Shown: piece by piece, positions 33,832 to 36,306 of the stretch
Layout of the letters: the number at the start of each line of letters is the position of its first letter
Position numbering within the stretch: the first letter of the stretch is position 1
Source: an uncultured Clostridia bacterium
GTDB taxonomy: Bacteria; Acidobacteriota; Aminicenantia; UBA2199
Reading direction: 5' to 3'
NCBI GenBank assembly: GCA_964449545.1
Contig: CAYVBC010000001.1
Coordinates: forward strand, 1 to 36,306
DNA: 36,306 bases
The notes under the pieces: model-generated
Seen by the model: the letters and a program-made list of their open reading frames with translations, nothing else
Told to the model about the DNA's origin: nothing
Database searches by the model: none
Made by a program: the position numbers and the translations under genes

Positions 33832-34683
33832 TTACGCCTCCACCCGGTTGATCCGGAATTGGGTCCATGTCAGGGCCAGAAGAATCAGTGACAGGATCAC
33901 AATCGGAGAAAGCCAGGAAGGGATCTGCATGGGAGTGGGTTGACCAAAAAGCCAGGCGCTGAACTGGTTGATGTTCCGTTCCAATGAAATCAGTCCGAAA
34001 GCGGAGTTTTTAAAAACCGCCCGGGACAGAATGGCGGCCACCATGTTGGTGACAAAGTAAGCCCCCACATATGAGACGATGACGAAACGGGTGTTGGCAC
34101 TGAATGATGAAAAGAGAAGAATAAGAGAGGCAAGCAGGAAAGAAACCGCTATGGGCTGGATCAGGATGGCCAGAAATGTACCGGCGGAGAATGTCCATGC
34201 GCCACTGAAAAGTGTTTTAGCCAGAACCAGCAGCAGAGCGGGAACCAGTGAGAACATGAGAAGAAAGCTCATGATTATGGCCAGTTTTCCGATCAGGTAA
34301 TCGCTGCGGCGGAGTGGGCGGGAGAGGTAAAGTCCGATGGAATTGAACTTGAGGTCCGCGGAGATCAGGTCTGAACCCACATAGATACTCATCAGGATCA
34401 TGACGAACATCAATCCGCTGCGTGTAAAGAACAGGTTGAAGAGACTGGCGTTATCACCGATGACCCGGGTGATTTCCGTCATGAACTGCAGTTCCGGCTT
34501 GGAAGACACGTATACCGCGACCAGGAAAAACAGAAAGGGAAATGCGGAAAAGAAAAACAACAGTTTGGCGCGCCGCTTGGCCATGACCTGGCGGATGCCG
34601 TATCTCAGGATGGGTAGCCATTGAAAGCCTGAACTCTTCAGGGTACCGTCCCATCCATGATATCCTTTCTCCTTAACGGGCAT
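33832..34683 (-). CDS. ABC-2-type transporter permease-like membrane protein
   Basis: 283 aa and polytopic, with about 6 helices. Its stop abuts the next gene's start (TAAATG), and its start overlaps the upstream ATPase stop by 11 nt. Confidence 0.72.
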   Translation of the reverse strand: MPVKEKGYHGWDGTLKSSGFQWLPILRYGIRQVMAKRRAKLLFFFSAFPFLFFLVAVYVSSKPELQFMTEITRVIGDNASLFNLFFTRSGLMFVMILMSIYVGSDLISADLKFNSIGLYLSRPLRRSDYLIGKLAIIMSFLLMFSLVPALLLVLAKTLFSGAWTFSAGTFLAILIQPIAVSFLLASLILLFSSFSANTRFVIVSYVGAYFVTNMVAAILSRAVFKNSAFGLISLERNINQFSAWLFGQPTPMQIPSWLSPIVILSLILLALTWTQFRINRVEA

Positions 34684-35596
34684 TGGATTCTCCTATGGCG
34701 GTCACAAAGGCGTCTTCCAGGGTCACGCGGCTGGGGCGGAAGTGTCGGATCTGAACATTGGCTTCCATGGCAATTCTGAACAGATCCATGGGCGGCAGAT
34801 CCGGAGGAAGGTGAAGCCGCAGGTACCCTCTTCGGTCGGTCTCCGCTTGTATGCCGGGCAGAAGTCGGAGGAAACCGTCCACCTCTCCGTTAATCCGGAT
34901 CTCATATATGCTTGCGTCCGTGTGGTTGAAGTCCGCGGTACTCTGCTCGGAGACGATGCGGCCGGCATTCATGATCAGGACCTGGCGACAGGTGGTCTCA
35001 ATGTCCGCCAGTATATGTGAGGAGACAATCATGTTCATCCGTTCCTTGGATGCGATGTCACGAATCAATTCCAGCATCTCCTCTCTGCCCCGCGGGTCCA
35101 TCCCGGAGGTGGGTTCATCCAGGAACATGAGAACCGGGTCGTGAACCAGAGCAACGGCCAGTTTCAGCCTCTGCTTCATTCCGGACGAATAGGTGTCCGC
35201 AGCACGGTACCGCGACTCTTCCAGCCCCACATAATACAGGACTTCATGGGCCCGTTTGATCGCTTCCTGACGGGGCATTCCGCTGAGCTCTCCCATGTAG
35301 GCCGTCAACGTAACCGCGTCCATTCCCGGAATCAGGCAATGACTTTCGGGCATGTACCCGATTTTTCTTCTGACTTCCGCATGGCTGCCGGTAATATCGT
35401 ACCCCAGGATCCGGCCCTGCCCCGCCGCGGGCTGGAGATGGCCCAATATGATTCTCATCAGGGTGGTTTTCCCGGCCCCATTGGGACCCAGCAATCCGAA
35501 AACCCCGGCACCGATCTCCAGATCCACACCTTGGATGGCCTGAAAATCCCCAAAGGCGAATTCAATTCCTTTCAGTTGAATGATTGATTGGGTCAT
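34673..35596 (-). CDS. ABC transporter ATP-binding protein
   Basis: 307 aa counted from ATG 35596 (MTQSIIQLKGIEFAF...). It has Walker A (LLGPNGAGKTTLMR), the signature YSSGMKQRL, Walker B (VLMFLDEPTSGMD) and the H-loop SSHIL. The track's 60-codon upstream extension is implausible. Confidence 0.92.
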   Translation of the reverse strand: MTQSIIQLKGIEFAFGDFQAIQGVDLEIGAGVFGLLGPNGAGKTTLMRIILGHLQPAAGQGRILGYDITGSHAEVRRKIGYMPESHCLIPGMDAVTLTAYMGELSGMPRQEAIKRAHEVLYYVGLEESRYRAADTYSSGMKQRLKLAVALVHDPVLMFLDEPTSGMDPRGREEMLELIRDIASKERMNMIVSSHILADIETTCRQVLIMNAGRIVSEQSTADFNHTDASIYEIRINGEVDGFLRLLPGIQAETDRRGYLRLHLPPDLPPMDLFRIAMEANVQIRHFRPSRVTLEDAFVTAIGESNAR

Positions 35597-35708
35597 TCTA
35601 TTGATACGAAAAATCGCTTGGTTGGTTCCATTCAGGCGGGCAAGCACATATAATATAAATCTGACACCCGGCTGAAAGCCGGAGGGAATTCCCAGAGGAG
35701 GGGTGACC

Positions 35709-36306
35709 GTGAGGCGTGATACATTTGATGTTGTGATTCTGAATGGACGACCGGCCGCGGGTAAATCGGAGATCATCGACTTCCTGCATTCCGTTCCCCA
35801 AGAGGAGCGGATTCGCCGGTTTCACGTGGGTGAGTTCCGTGAGATTGATGATTTTCCCATATTGTGGGAGCAGTTTGAGGATGATGACCTGATCGAATCC
35901 ATGGGCAAACCCCGGGTTCTGACGGAAAGTACTTTTGAGCATGAAGGCCGGCGTCACCCCGGGTATTCGTTCAAGGAGCAGTGGTACTGGAATTTCCTGA
36001 TCCGCAAGCTTTCCCTTCAGTATGAACGTATGCTTCGAGATGATCCCGGTTTTCATGAACGGGGCGGAACGGTGTTTATCGAGTTTTCCCGCGGCGCGGA
36101 GCATGGTGGTTTCCGGGAAGCATACAACCATTTATCGCAAGCGGTCCTGGACCATGCGGTCACCCTGTATATTCAGGTTACCTGGGAAGAGTCTCTGCGC
36201 AAGAATCGGCGTCGATACAATCCGGACCGGCCGGACTCCATTCTGGAACACGGTCTTGAGGATCTGAAACTGGAAAAGCTGTATGGGAAATCGGACTGGC
36301 AGGATT
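35709..36306 (+). CDS. P-loop NTPase / kinase-like protein, N-terminal part; the 3' end runs off the window
   Basis: This ORF is open to the window edge and is not in the ORF track. GTG 35709 has GGAGG 7 nt upstream. The translation reads VRRDTFDVVILNGRPAAGKSEIIDFL... (Walker A GxxxxGKS) ...VFIEFSRG...LYIQVTWEESLRKNRRRYNP. I prefer it to the antisense ORF 35598-36131. Confidence 0.6.
   Translation, partial: MRRDTFDVVILNGRPAAGKSEIIDFLHSVPQEERIRRFHVGEFREIDDFPILWEQFEDDDLIESMGKPRVLTESTFEHEGRRHPGYSFKEQWYWNFLIRKLSLQYERMLRDDPGFHERGGTVFIEFSRGAEHGGFREAYNHLSQAVLDHAVTLYIQVTWEESLRKNRRRYNPDRPDSILEHGLEDLKLEKLYGKSDWQD

Noticed and set aside
35598-36131. A 177-aa minus-strand ORF in the ORF track.
   Set aside because: The opposite strand encodes an ORF open to the window edge with a Walker A motif (GRPAAGKSE) and a GGAGG-7 nt-GTG start. 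The minus-strand translation is featureless.
1-36306. I looked for CRISPR arrays, tRNA/rRNA/tmRNA/SRP RNA genes, riboswitch-sized leaders, IS elements and toxin-antitoxin pairs.
   Set aside because: No regularly spaced direct repeats are visible. The intergenic gaps are at most ~180 nt and are accounted for by promoters and RBSs. I saw no transposase-like or small paired ORFs. A covariance-model scan (Infernal/tRNAscan-SE) would be needed to exclude small RNAs formally.

Overview
This is about 36.3 kb of compact chromosomal DNA with roughly 50-55% GC by eye. It probably comes from an uncultured or poorly studied diderm bacterium, since it encodes TolC-family, Omp85-like and EnvC-like proteins. 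I found no rRNA, tRNA, CRISPR array or obvious mobile element. Nearly the whole window is coding, and many stop and start codons overlap (ATGA, GTGA, TAATG).

Gene layout:
- 1-13943 (minus strand), a 12-gene housekeeping array: malQ(partial)-htpG-yibQ-like deacetylase-S41 Ctp-like-envC-flippase-like membrane protein-xerC-trmFO-topA-dprA-tandem USP-HU.
- 14.1-16.4 kb: a DUF1232 protein, an Fe-S type Rrf2 regulator and a TPR lipoprotein.
- 16479-23693 (minus strand), a second array: small orphan ORF-UvrD/PcrA helicase-Pcm-TolC-like-nucleotidyltransferase-CYTH-polyprenyl synthase.
- 23.7-25.3 kb: yjbQ and a DSD1-like PLP enzyme.
- 25416-32104 (plus strand): a four-gene operon of unknown function, then trxB, then a 929-aa outer-membrane fusion protein.
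- 32111-35596 (minus strand), convergent with the plus block: a double ABC cassette (ATPase-permease-ATPase-permease).
- 35709 to the window edge (plus strand): a partial P-loop kinase-like gene.

The best candidate for an undescribed system is the operon at 25416-28231. It encodes one acidic helical protein and three paralogous proteins with a CxxC-x14-CxxC zinc ribbon. I cannot assign any of them to a characterised family.

Secondary points of interest:
- an outer-membrane protein fusing an HExxH peptidase, a beta-propeller and an Omp85-like barrel;
- an S41 protease homolog that appears to lack both catalytic residues, next to a degenerate-LytM EnvC;
- three promoters whose geometry predicts leaderless mRNAs;
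- a Pcm methyltransferase with a signal-peptide-like N terminus.

All functional calls come from reading the translated ORFs by eye against remembered family motifs. No database search was run.
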